The notes under the pieces: generated by a model | Told to the model about the DNA's origin: nothing | The model's input: only the letters and a program-made list of their open reading frames with translations | Databases searched by the model: none | Source: an uncultured virus (IMG/VR IMGVR_UViG_3300020576_006994) | Lineage: Duplodnaviria; Heunggongvirae; Uroviricota; Caudoviricetes | Virus record (IMG/VR): IMGVR_UViG_3300020576_006994 | Length of the DNA: 20,000 bases | Direction: 5' to 3' (one strand) | Position numbers and translations under genes: made by a program | Shown here: piece after piece, positions 10,067-19,451 of the stretch | How the letters are laid out: each line of letters opens with the position of its first letter | How positions within the stretch are numbered: position 1 is the first letter of the stretch

Positions 10067-11866
10067 ATGTACATTAAGGAACATCAAAAGTCAAAAACAG
10101 CAGCAAAAACAATCACTTCAGATCCACGAGCTTTAAAAAGAGCAGTACTCAGTACGCTTAAAGAAGCGTCAAATCTAGTTGGTTCAACACTTGGACCCAA
10201 TGGAAAGATTGTATTAATCGAAAGACAAGAGAATTTGCCGCCATTCCTTACAAAGGATGGCATCACTGTATTCAATTCAATGACCTTTGCTGATCCTACA
10301 AAGCAATAGATCCTTGAATAGGCTCGGGATGCAAGCTCAAAAACCAATGTAGACGCAGGGGATAATACGACCTCGTAGACAATCCTTGCAGAGGCTCTGG
10401 TTCGACTTGGTTTTGATTATCTTGAAAAGAACCCACGGGAATCAACTCAGGTTGTAATGCGGTCTCTGGAATAGGCATATCGGGACGTAGTTATTCCGTT
10501 CATCAAAGAAAATGCAAAGAAGATCACCCTTCAAAACTCTGATGACTTTCTTAAAAAAGTTGCAATGGTTGCAACAAATCACGATGAAGCCATGTCGGAC
10601 GCAGTCATCGAGGGGTTTAATATCGTAGGCCATGGTGGAAACTTTACAATCCTTGAACAACCAGGAGTTGATGGATTTGAGGTTGAGCAGATCGAGGGGT
10701 TTCCCATTGCTCGAGGTTTTGAGGATACCTGCGGTCGATTTATTGAGCAGTTCATTAATGATCGAGCCAATTACCGCACGGTACTCGAGAAGCCTAAGTT
10801 TTTGATCTACAACGGCAAGCTTAACGACATGAATCCACTCATGCCTATCCTTGAGAAGGTGGCTAACGCCTCGGCTCCAAAAGAGCAGGGTGGTATTGGT
10901 TTTAGTGAAAACTTGATTATTGTTGCTCACCACTTCTCAGAGAATGTCCTGGCAACCCTGGCCAATAACTTTGTTCAGCCAGGAACGATCAAGGCGATCC
11001 CCCTAAAAGCGCCCATTACGTCACAGGCGAACAGCCACTATCATTTCCTTGTGGACCTGTCGCATTTCGTTGGCGCAAAGGTTTTTGATCCGCTTTCGGC
11101 TCCACTTGAGAGTGCCACACTTGGCCATCTTGGCCTTGATTCAATGCAATCCTTCGAATACATGCGATATCGCTCTACAATCATCGGAAAACCTGATGAA
11201 ATGCTTGTATTGGCTCGAGCTGAAGAGCTTTATAAGCAAAAAGCGGTTGCCGAGTCTATTTTGGACGCAGAATTGACCGCAGAGCGATGCGCAGTGTTAA
11301 CTGGTGGAATCGCTAAACTCAAGATCTTTGGCTCAAGCGAGGCTGAGCTTAAGGAGAAGAAACATCGGGTAGAAGACGCCGTAATGGCCATTAAAGGGGC
11401 CATCAAGGACGGGGTGCTCCCTGGCGGATAGAAGACGCTGCTGATGCTGTCAAAGCTGATCCTGAGCGATTCTAGCTTGCACCCATAGGTTCGTTCCATT
11501 ATGGGACGGGCGTTCCTGACCCCGTTCTGGCGGCTATTTGAGAACGCACGTATTCCAGAAGAGGAAATCCTTGACATTAAGCGAAATGTAATGGACGGAG
11601 ATTTCTATAAGACCTATAACGCCCTCACTCATGTCTATGGCGATGCCGTTGAACTTGGAGTTCTTGATTCGGCCCAGGCCGTAAATATGTCGATCAAGAA
11701 TAGCCTCTAGGTTTCAAAAATGCTAATTCAGCTTTCTGGCATCGTTGTGTTTAAGCGTGATGGCGATCTTGATAGAAATGAAGCCAATTCGATCTATGCC
11801 GAAAACCAGGCAATGAGTGATGCGATTGAGCAGTCTAATCGTGAACAATGGGAGCCGCCGTCATGA
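10067..11866 (+). CDS. groEL: Phage GroEL/Cpn60-like chaperonin (599 aa); 7 in-frame TAG
   Basis: Track ORFs 10067..10309, 10565..11431 and 11501..11710 share one frame and end at TGA 11864-11866. Motifs STLGPNG, TKDGITV, AGDNTTS*TIL, ELKEKKHRVEDA, GVLPGG, GVLDS. Confidence 0.93.
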
Positions 11867-12153
11867 TCGTACTTTTTAAATGCGTACTGTGTAAAAATGA
11901 CATCAAGAAGCTTTACCAGAAAAACCAGGAGCGCCCGCCGTTCTTAAACTGTGCTTGTGGTGGAATCATGGAGGCACAGCTTCCGGACTTCGAAACCTCT
12001 TCTTATGAGGTTGTTGATAACGGAAATCAGGCAAAAAAAGTCCTTTTGCGGAAGGATTAGGTTGCCAAGGGTAAGCAAAAGGGAGATCTTTACAAAGATC
12101 TTGTGGAAACCCGTGATGGTGTGGTAAAACGAACTGATGATGGTAAAGCTTAA
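11863..12153 (+). CDS. Small zinc-ribbon protein (96 aa); 1 in-frame TAG
   Basis: ATG 11863 (ATGA overlap with groEL stop) to TAA 12151-12153; CVLC...CACGG. Confidence 0.7.
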
Positions 12154-14257
12154 TTACGCCAAAATTTCAGGATTTATGGACATCGGGACCGATAGTGGTC
12201 CCGTTTTTTTTAAGCCGTGTGCGTATGGGGTGTTCGGTCAGAATCTTGACTAGGGCGGCTCAAACGCATCCGGCAAAACATCGTTCGTTACGGCCATAAC
12301 GTAGGGCCTAGCAGGCCTTGAGCCGCTAGGACTGTCAATAAAAGACGTAAAAAATAGAAATTTAGACGTTCCGTGCGTAGTCGAGCTTGGACTTGATGTG
12401 TCCGGAAAAGAAGTCATCATAGCTAGAAGTTTTGGCAAGGGTGTATCGCTTGTGGTTGACGGCGTAGCCATTGACGGGAAGCAGGATGTAATTAAACAGC
12501 GCATCCTTGAGACCTTGGGGGTAACGGCTGAGCAGGCCGTGATGCTCACACACAAACGTCAAGGGCACCTAGACAATTTTTTGACAATGAAAGATTCCGA
12601 CAAGAAGGAGTTTCTGTCGAAAATCCTTGATCTTGATCGAGTAGACTTATAGAAAGAGCAGGTTCAGGCCAAGTCAAAGCAGATTGAGCTAGCCTTAAAA
12701 CAGGCTAGCGACGCAGAGATTAAGACCTGTTAGGCGCTAGAAGCGATCAGCGACAGCCTGTCCTCGGCAGAGCAGCAGCTTGAAAGCTTAAGTCGAATTC
12801 ATGATGAGGCTAAGAGCCTGGGCACTGAGCAAGTAAGGAGCTTAGAGGCAGCCCTTGCGCTTTTGCCCCAAATTGCGGAAGTTGATGTAGGAGTGATCCG
12901 GGCGATTATCGAAAAAATTGAAAATGAGAGAACGAGACTGTAGGCCGCTAATGAGCTAGCATAGGCAGAAAAAGAAGAGATTGAGCGTCTGTCTTAGCAG
13001 CTATCAAGTAAGCCATAGGAGCCTGAAGAAATTGAACGGTAGATCTCTGAGGCAGAATCTTCATTAAAAAAAGCCCAGCTTGGAGTAAGGGCGAAAGCTG
13101 AGATTCAAAGGCTTATTTCGATCAAAAAGCACGAGATCTAGTCATTTACGGTGCCACCTGAGCACTCAGACGAAAACTGCACGTCCTGTGGACAGACTAT
13201 GCCAGAAGATGTGCTCTCTAAGTCTAGAGAGCGTCATCGATTAGCAATTGAAAAGGCAAATGAAGGCTTGGCAAAAAAAGAGTCCGAGCTGCAGAAGCTT
13301 ACTGCTGACTTTGACAAGATAACAGCAATTGACGTAGACGGAGCACTGGCTTAGTCGCAAGAACAGCTGGTTTTGGCAAAGCAGTAGAGAGTGAAGTGGC
13401 AAGAAAGCGTATCTACCTAGACAGTTGAAGCGAGTCTTGCGGAAGCAAAAAAGAAGGCGGCTAAAACTAAGGCAGAGATAGAGACCATATATTCACTGAT
13501 TTCGTCACTAGACAGAGAAATAAAGTCCATACAGGATTCAGCAAGTAGGGCACTGGCCGATCAAAGAAAGTCAATATCGGATCAGATCAAGACTAATCTT
13601 CAGGCAATTGATAGGGCGGCTGCAGAATTAAAGCGGCACTCTGATCTTTACGAAAAAGACAAAGAAAGGGTTCTTGCAAAGCAGCTAGAATTAGATCTTT
13701 AGAGAAAAGAAAGAGAAAACAAAGAAAAAGAATTTAGTGTTATTGAGCAGACCCTAAAGGTTCTGTCTAACTCTGGTTTTGTTGGATACGTTTTTGAGCA
13801 GGTACTGAACGACTTCAATAACTTTTCGAACGAATTCCTTTCAAAGACAGATTTAATGCGTGACGTATATCTAGAATTCAGCTCAGATAAGGTCGTAAAA
13901 TCTACAGGGTAGAACGTTAAATCAATTCAGTCAAAGATAATGCAAAAAGGGCAAGAAACTTCATTTGATACGCTTTCTGGAGCAGAAAAATTAACCGTTC
14001 TTAGCTAGGTGGACTACGCCATTGAGCGAATCATTAAGCAACGTCAAGGGGTTAGCTTCTCGTGGAAAATCCTAGACGAGTCGTTTATGTGGGTAGACTC
14101 AACAAACAAAGAGCAGGTCCTGCAAGAGGTTCTGTGTGATTCAGAGAAGACCTACCTACTTGTAGACCATGCATCCGAATTTAATTCTGCGCTACAAAAT
14201 AAGATAGTTATTGAAAAATCTAATGGCATTGCAAAGGTGTAGTTGATTGAGCACTAA
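12137..14257 (+). CDS. sbcC: SbcC/Rad50 (gp46-like) SMC-type ATPase (706 aa); 17 in-frame TAG
   Basis: ATG 12137 to TAA 14255-14257 without internal TAA/TGA. Walker A GSNASGKT, Q-loop RQG, long coiled coils with central Zn-hook CTSCGQ, signature LSGAEK, Walker B KILDES, H-loop VDH. Confidence 0.88.
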
Positions 14258-14615
14258 CAAAGAAGCTGCAGACCTAGAGTGGGACATAACGGACGACGAT
14301 ACGCACGTTTTTGTTCCAGTTGTAGAAAAAGAAGACGGCAAGCAGCAGCTTTGTGTGGTCAGAGACAAGCAGAATCGCTGGAACGTACACTTGTTTGTTG
14401 ACGAGTCTGAGACTTGGCAATATTTGATAAAAATCAAACGCGCAGATGCGACATATGTAAAGACTACAGTTTTGGGAATTTTCTAGATAATGGAGAAATT
14501 CTAGAATAAGGTGATGAAGGATGGTGAAGTTGATGAGTGTATTTGCTACATATCGTCATTTCACAAAGATGAACTTGTAAAGGGTCCAGTGGTATGGACA
14601 AGTAAGGGGAACTAA
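14247..14615 (+). CDS. Hypothetical protein (122 aa); 2 in-frame TAG
   Basis: Track ORF 14247..14486 extended (GIF*IMEKF*NKV) to TAA 14613-14615, which overlaps the next ATG (TAATG). Confidence 0.65.
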
Positions 14616-14911
14616 TGGAATCAGAGGATACACAGAAGGCGCAGGATACAGCAAAGAAGCTAGAGAAGAAGCTTCCAGAAAACTTTGTTGACGACGTAAA
14701 GAATATGGACCGTGAAGCTCTTACTGATCAGCTGGTCGATCTTACTAAAGAGATTGAAAAGATTACAGAGGAGCGAGATGCAGACGCCACGCTTTCGGAT
14801 CTTAAAGAAAGCGTTAAGGCTTTGTCTGGTGGATACGGAGACAAGATCAAGCTTGAAAAGGCAAAGCTCAAGTACATTCTTTCGATCATGACAATCCGAG
14901 GAGAACTGTAA
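14615..14911 (+). CDS. Hypothetical coiled-coil protein (98 aa); no TAG
   Basis: Intact ORF with AAGGGG RBS and TAA stop; acidic helical composition. Confidence 0.75.
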   Translation: MESEDTQKAQDTAKKLEKKLPENFVDDVKNMDREALTDQLVDLTKEIEKITEERDADATLSDLKESVKALSGGYGDKIKLEKAKLKYILSIMTIRGEL

Positions 14912-14913
14912 TC

Positions 14914-15513
14914 TTGTCTAAAAAGAAGGCGCCTAAAACTCCTCAAGAGCTCATTGACCGAAATGGTCGATGGATTGAGGAGCGTGGAAGGATTAAGGGG
15001 TAGATTAGGCGGGCATTCCGTCTTAGTCCGCAGCTTAGGATTACGCTTTCTTAGGCAAGGGTCGAGCTCCCTCCAAAAACAAAGAAGGATGGAGACCCTG
15101 GTAAAAAGAATCAAGTTCGGTATCGGTGTTAGTCATGTGGAGGCCTGTTTCCTCAGGCACAGGTCCAGGTAGATCACTTGGATCCTGTCGTTCCGTTAGA
15201 CAAGCAAGAAGCCGATATGACGTATGATGAGATCGTTCGAGGGGTCTTTTGTAATTTAGAAAACTTACAGGTTCTTTGCTCTACAAAAGCCTCGATGTTA
15301 CCTAAAGGACAGAAGAGCTGTCACTAGCTAAAGAGCTAGGAAGAGAACTTTATAAGAGATAGGTTTTAGGAGAAGAAGTTTTCTTTGTCGTATCAGGAGC
15401 AGCTGGAAATATATCGACAGCAGTACAAGGACTACTTGATTAAGCAAAAGTAGGAGCTTGAGGCAAAAGAAGAAAGAAAGCGAATTCGTGAAGAAAAGAA
15501 AAGACAGAAGTGA
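14914..15513 (+). CDS. HNH endonuclease-like protein (199 aa); 7 in-frame TAG
   Basis: TTG 14914 (GAGGAG RBS) to TGA 15511-15513. IKG*IRRAF, YRC*SCG, VQVDHLDPV, NLQVLC...SCH*LKS. Invisible in the standard-code track. Confidence 0.8.
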
Positions 15514-15547
15514 AGATGTTTGTGCTACAAAGTCAATGAGGTGAATT

Positions 15548-15916
15548 ATGGACAATAAAACATACCAGGCGTGGGCAATTACAAAGGAGCGCCAGGAGTA
15601 CGAAAAAGTCGCCGAACGAATCGGAGCCGGAACCACTGGTAGCCTTTTGCATGGCGCCATTGGTATTTCTGGTGAAGCAGGTGAGCTGCTTGATGCCGTG
15701 AAGAAGCATGTGTTTTACGGAAAGCCGCTTGACGTTAATAACGTAAAAGAAGAAATTTCTGACGTACTTTGGTATTAGGCTATTGCGCTGGAGGCTGTTG
15801 GCAGCTCATTTGACGAAGTTATGCAAATCAATCATGACAAGCTTGAAAAGAGATATCCCTCTGGCTTTACAGAGCAGCATGCAGTCGCCAGACTCGATAA
15901 GCAAGGAGAAGCGTAA
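15548..15916 (+). CDS. mazG: MazG-like nucleotide pyrophosphohydrolase (122 aa); 1 in-frame TAG
   Basis: GAGGTG RBS; GISGEAGELLDAVKK...KEEISDVLWY*AIA...NHDKLEKRYP; TAA 15914-15916 overlaps the next ATG. Confidence 0.85.
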
Positions 15917-16662
15917 TGTTTTTCGACGACAATGAGTTTGAGCTTCCGGAAGAAGTTCAGTAGGCAGTTGAAGAGGAGGCCCAGCAAAACGAGACTAGAG
16001 CTGAGGCCATGCGTCGTATTGAGGAGGGTAATCTATGGATGACCCTTATCGATGGAAACGTTTTTACGGCAGGTTCGGCTCGTCCTGAAATCCTAAATGA
16101 AGTCAACGCTAAGCTCCGTAAATTTGCAGAAGAGGAGCTAAATGAGCTTCTTGGCATGCAGGGCAGCTCGCGATCAAAAGCCGCAGCAGCCTCTCAATTC
16201 GACGACGATCAGGCTCAGGCCCTTAAGATGATTGCTGATAAGGTACTAAAGCGTGACACTTCTACCCCGGTAACACTAGCTAAGCCGGTCCCAAAGATGG
16301 CACAGTTTTCTGCTCCGTCAGCAACGCTTCAGCCAAGAATACAGTCACCGGCTTCGCAAGCTCCTGCTCCGCAAGTAAAAAAACAGGCACAGCCACCGGC
16401 AAAAAAAGGCGGTAAGCCTGGACCTAGAAAGATCGGCGGCCAAGTTGTTCCTGCAAATGCAAAAAAGATGACAATGGATGGGCAGGCTCTAATGCAGGCC
16501 GGAGCGATTAAGGCTGCTGGCGCAAATATGACCTAGGACTCAGGCGGCGGGATGGGAGGGATCTTATCCCAGTTGATTACGAGCGAAAGTAATGGCAGTA
16601 TAATGTCGGCAATGCCGGCATCTAGCAGTAGCGATGACTTTGATATCAATGGAGCAATGTAA
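15916..16662 (+). CDS. Hypothetical protein with low-complexity A/P/Q/K-rich C-terminal half (248 aa); 2 in-frame TAG
   Basis: ATG 15916 to TAA 16660-16662, extending track ORF 16009..16536; both ends are TAATG overlaps. Confidence 0.72.
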
Positions 16663-17168
16663 TGGAACAACAGAAAAGTTTTCTTGAGCAGTTTGAAGAT
16701 GTAAAAACGGCCCTACCAGCCCTTGAGCAATCAATGGTAAAAATGCTTGGGTTCATGCAAGTCAACATGGACCGCCTGGACCAAGTAACTAACGAGCTAA
16801 ATGCCGTTCGTAACGCATCACAGTAGACCATTGATAACCTATCTCTTGTCCTTGACGAGGCAATATCTGAGCTCGGTGAAGATGCTAGGAAGCGTGTCTT
16901 TGAGCGAGTTGCAGATAAAAAATAGGCCGAGATCAAGAAAAATATCGAAGAGCAGGTTGCCGATGGCAAACTCTTTTCAAAAGAAGCGGTCGATTCAGCT
17001 GATGATATCGTTCTCTTCTCTAGCGAGAAGACCCAAGTTGCATTGGCAGTTGCTCGAGTGAGTGAGCTTTCTGAGGAATACTCTCAATAGCTCATGGGTA
17101 AAGGTCCTGGATCTGAAGCAAAAGACATTAAGTTAGAAGCGGTGTATACAGATAAAAAGCAGGGGTGA
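16662..17168 (+). CDS. Hypothetical protein (168 aa); 3 in-frame TAG
   Basis: ATG 16662 to TGA 17166-17168. Helical N-terminus; C-terminal SQ*LMGKGPGSE loosely resembles the ALLGKKVGD turn of GreA/FKBP-like folds. Confidence 0.68.
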
Positions 17169-17170
17169 TT

Positions 17171-18415
17171 GTGGCTTCGAATAAGTTTAAGTCAAAGGTC
17201 TCAGTTGACGACCTAGCCAAAGACATTGTAAAATAGGCCCGAGCTCTTGACGTTGAGCCATGGGCAATCAAAAAAGCTCAGTACTTTGCTTCTGGAAAGC
17301 ACTCTGAGTGGGAGTTTCGCAAAGTAGGTGGATTTAATTAGGTACTAAAGACCTTCTTTCCGGAAGAGCTCGATCAGTCTGCAAGAGTAAGCATTGCAGA
17401 GCTGCGACGCGAAAATAACGCCCTTCAAAAGCTTTTAGGAAATCAAGACTTATTCTTGGAGCGTATTGAGCAGGCAGTTTCTAAGATTTAGCCAGCCAAA
17501 GCTACGCCATATAAGCCTAAGAAGAACAAAAGTACAGAAAGAGCCCTTAACCTAATTCTTAGTGATCTGCACATTGGATCAGATATTGCCAAGGACGAGG
17601 TTGGGCATCAATTCGGCCCAGTAGAAGAGGCTCGCGCCCTGGCTTACATTGCAAAAAATGTAATTGACTACAAAATGCAATACCGTGACGAAACAGAGCT
17701 TAATCTGTTTGTTTTAGGGGATGTAACAGAGGGTGAGCTGCACGCACGAACCAGCGCCGACCTCCTGCATCTTCAAAATTGTCGAGCCATGTACCTACTC
17801 ACTCAGTTCGTTTAGCAAATGTCTGCTAACTTTAAGAAAGTAACGGTATATTTTGCTGTCGGAAACCACGGACGAGACATGGCGATTCATAAAGATCGGG
17901 CGACGGCGCTTAAGTACAATGCTCACGAAACTACCATTTATTACGGCGTAAAGCTGGCTACTAAGCACCTGACTAACGTATCCTTTGTTCATCCAAAAAC
18001 TCCATGGGTTGAGGCGTCTGTACTTGGTCATAAAATGTACGCCACTCATGGCGATACGCACTTCAATCCAGGAAATGTAGGGAACAAGATCGACATTCGC
18101 GGTTTAGAGGCACAGGCAAACACAATTAACGCATCTCTAAAAGACTAGGAAGAGTTTAAGGTATTTATGTGCGGTCACGTACATACGCCACTTGCGATGC
18201 AGATTAAGAATGGGTAGTTCATTGTGATCAATGGCGCTCTGACGCCACCAAACAGCTACGCTACCAGTCTCAATATCCATGAATCGCCACAGGTTCAGGT
18301 TATGTGGGAAACTACAAAGAAGCATGCTGTCGGTGACACTCGAATGATCAATGCAGCTGGATCCAGTAAAGACGAGAATCTAGACAAGATCATCAAGCCG
18401 TTTACCGGACTGTAA
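17171..18415 (+). CDS. Calcineurin-like metallophosphoesterase (414 aa); 6 in-frame TAG
   Basis: GTG 17171 to TAA 18413-18415; motifs LSDLHIG, LGDVTEG, VGNHGR, THGD, CGHVH, NGAL. Confidence 0.82.
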
Positions 18416-18443
18416 AAAGTTGCGGACAGAAGTAATAAAAACT

Positions 18444-18469
18444 AAGGCTGCCACCTGGCAGCCTTTTTT
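18444..18469 (+). terminator. Rho-independent terminator
   Basis: AAGGCTGCC-ACCT-GGCAGCCTT perfect hairpin followed by a T run, about 30 nt after the TAA at 18415. Confidence 0.85.
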
Positions 18470-18490
18470 CATTTACAATCTAGTGAGTTT

Positions 18491-18859
18491 ATGGGCTATA
18501 AACATAATATGCGACGAGATAGATCCGGAAAAGCGCCGAAGGCCCGCCGTAGAGGTAACGACAATGATAGTGATGAAAATCTCAGGGGTCAACTCAGAGA
18601 TCTAAAGAAGCAGAACAAGACGCTTATGGCTAGAGTTAAGCAGCTCGAGCGACGATTGAGAATGCACGACGACCTCACACTGGACAAGCAGGCCGATGAA
18701 ATGGTCTAGGCTGAGGCAGTAACTGAGGATCTCAATCCAGAAAAGAAATGTAAAACCAAAGGCTGCCATGGGATCATGGATCTTAGCGTTATTTGGTCAC
18801 CAAAGGGAGAAATTAGCTGGTGGACGTGTCAGAAATGCTAGCACAAAGAGAGGGGATAA
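18491..18859 (+). CDS. Basic coiled-coil plus C-terminal Zn-ribbon protein (122 aa); 2 in-frame TAG
   Basis: Track ORF 18491..18709 extended to TAA 18857-18859; CKTKGC...CQKC. Confidence 0.68.
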
Positions 18860-19239
18860 CCGACGCCTCTGCTCAGTATGTGTTCGACACGATCCTGGCT
18901 AGCTACGAGTCATAGATTAAGTCGAGATATAAAGTTCAGCAGGCCATCGTTTAGGCAACCGAAGATATCGAGCTGGTTCAGGCCATTCGAGACGACTTGC
19001 TCCATGCGATAGGATTCGCACAAGGTGGCGCACAAATCGTTTCCATGAACGAATACAAAAAGATGAAGTTTCAGCTGCAGCGTGTGTATGTTGACCTAAA
19101 AGAGAAAGAGATCGGGATCAGAAGAATGCTGCATCTGGAGCGATCCATCGGGATTGAATGCGATCAGCTAAAAGCTGGAATGGAAAAAGTTATCAGACAG
19201 AGCAAAACCGGGCTAGTCCTGGCTTTCAAGAGGGGATAA
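18835..19239 (+). CDS. Hypothetical protein (about 134 aa); 2 in-frame TAG
   Basis: ATG 18835 in frame with track ORF 18997..19239; TAA overlaps the next ATG. Start uncertain. Confidence 0.6.
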
Positions 19240-19451
19240 TGAACAAGGCCTAGGTGGAAAAGTTTTTCGTTAATTCAAAAAAGCATCGAGACAGCATAAG
19301 TCTTGCTTCAGACGAATAGCCAGTCAATGAAAAAACAATTTAGACGATGCTTGGGATAACTCCAGAAGAAGTCGGGAAACTTTACAATCAGGCTTTGAAA
19401 GTCATGAAAAATGCACTATCATCGGAGACAGATGAAGAAGATTACCGATAA
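19239..19451 (+). CDS. Small sigma-70 region 4-like HTH protein (70 aa); 3 in-frame TAG
   Basis: ATG 19239 to TAA 19449-19451; NEKTI*TMLGITPEEVGKLYNQALKVMK parallels the region 4.2 pattern TLEEIAxxLGISRERVRQIxxxALxKLR. Confidence 0.6.

Noticed and set aside
10067..11866. Systematic swap of one Ala codon for TAG (sequencing or engineering artefact)
   Set aside because: All four GCN codons remain in use and the TAG fraction varies strongly by gene. It cannot be fully excluded without raw reads or related genomes.
4411..17168. TGA also recoded
   Set aside because: TGA terminates several genes at ATGA/GTGA overlaps or short gaps (4411, 5759, 7085, 11864, 15511, 17166) and never occurs inside a gene.
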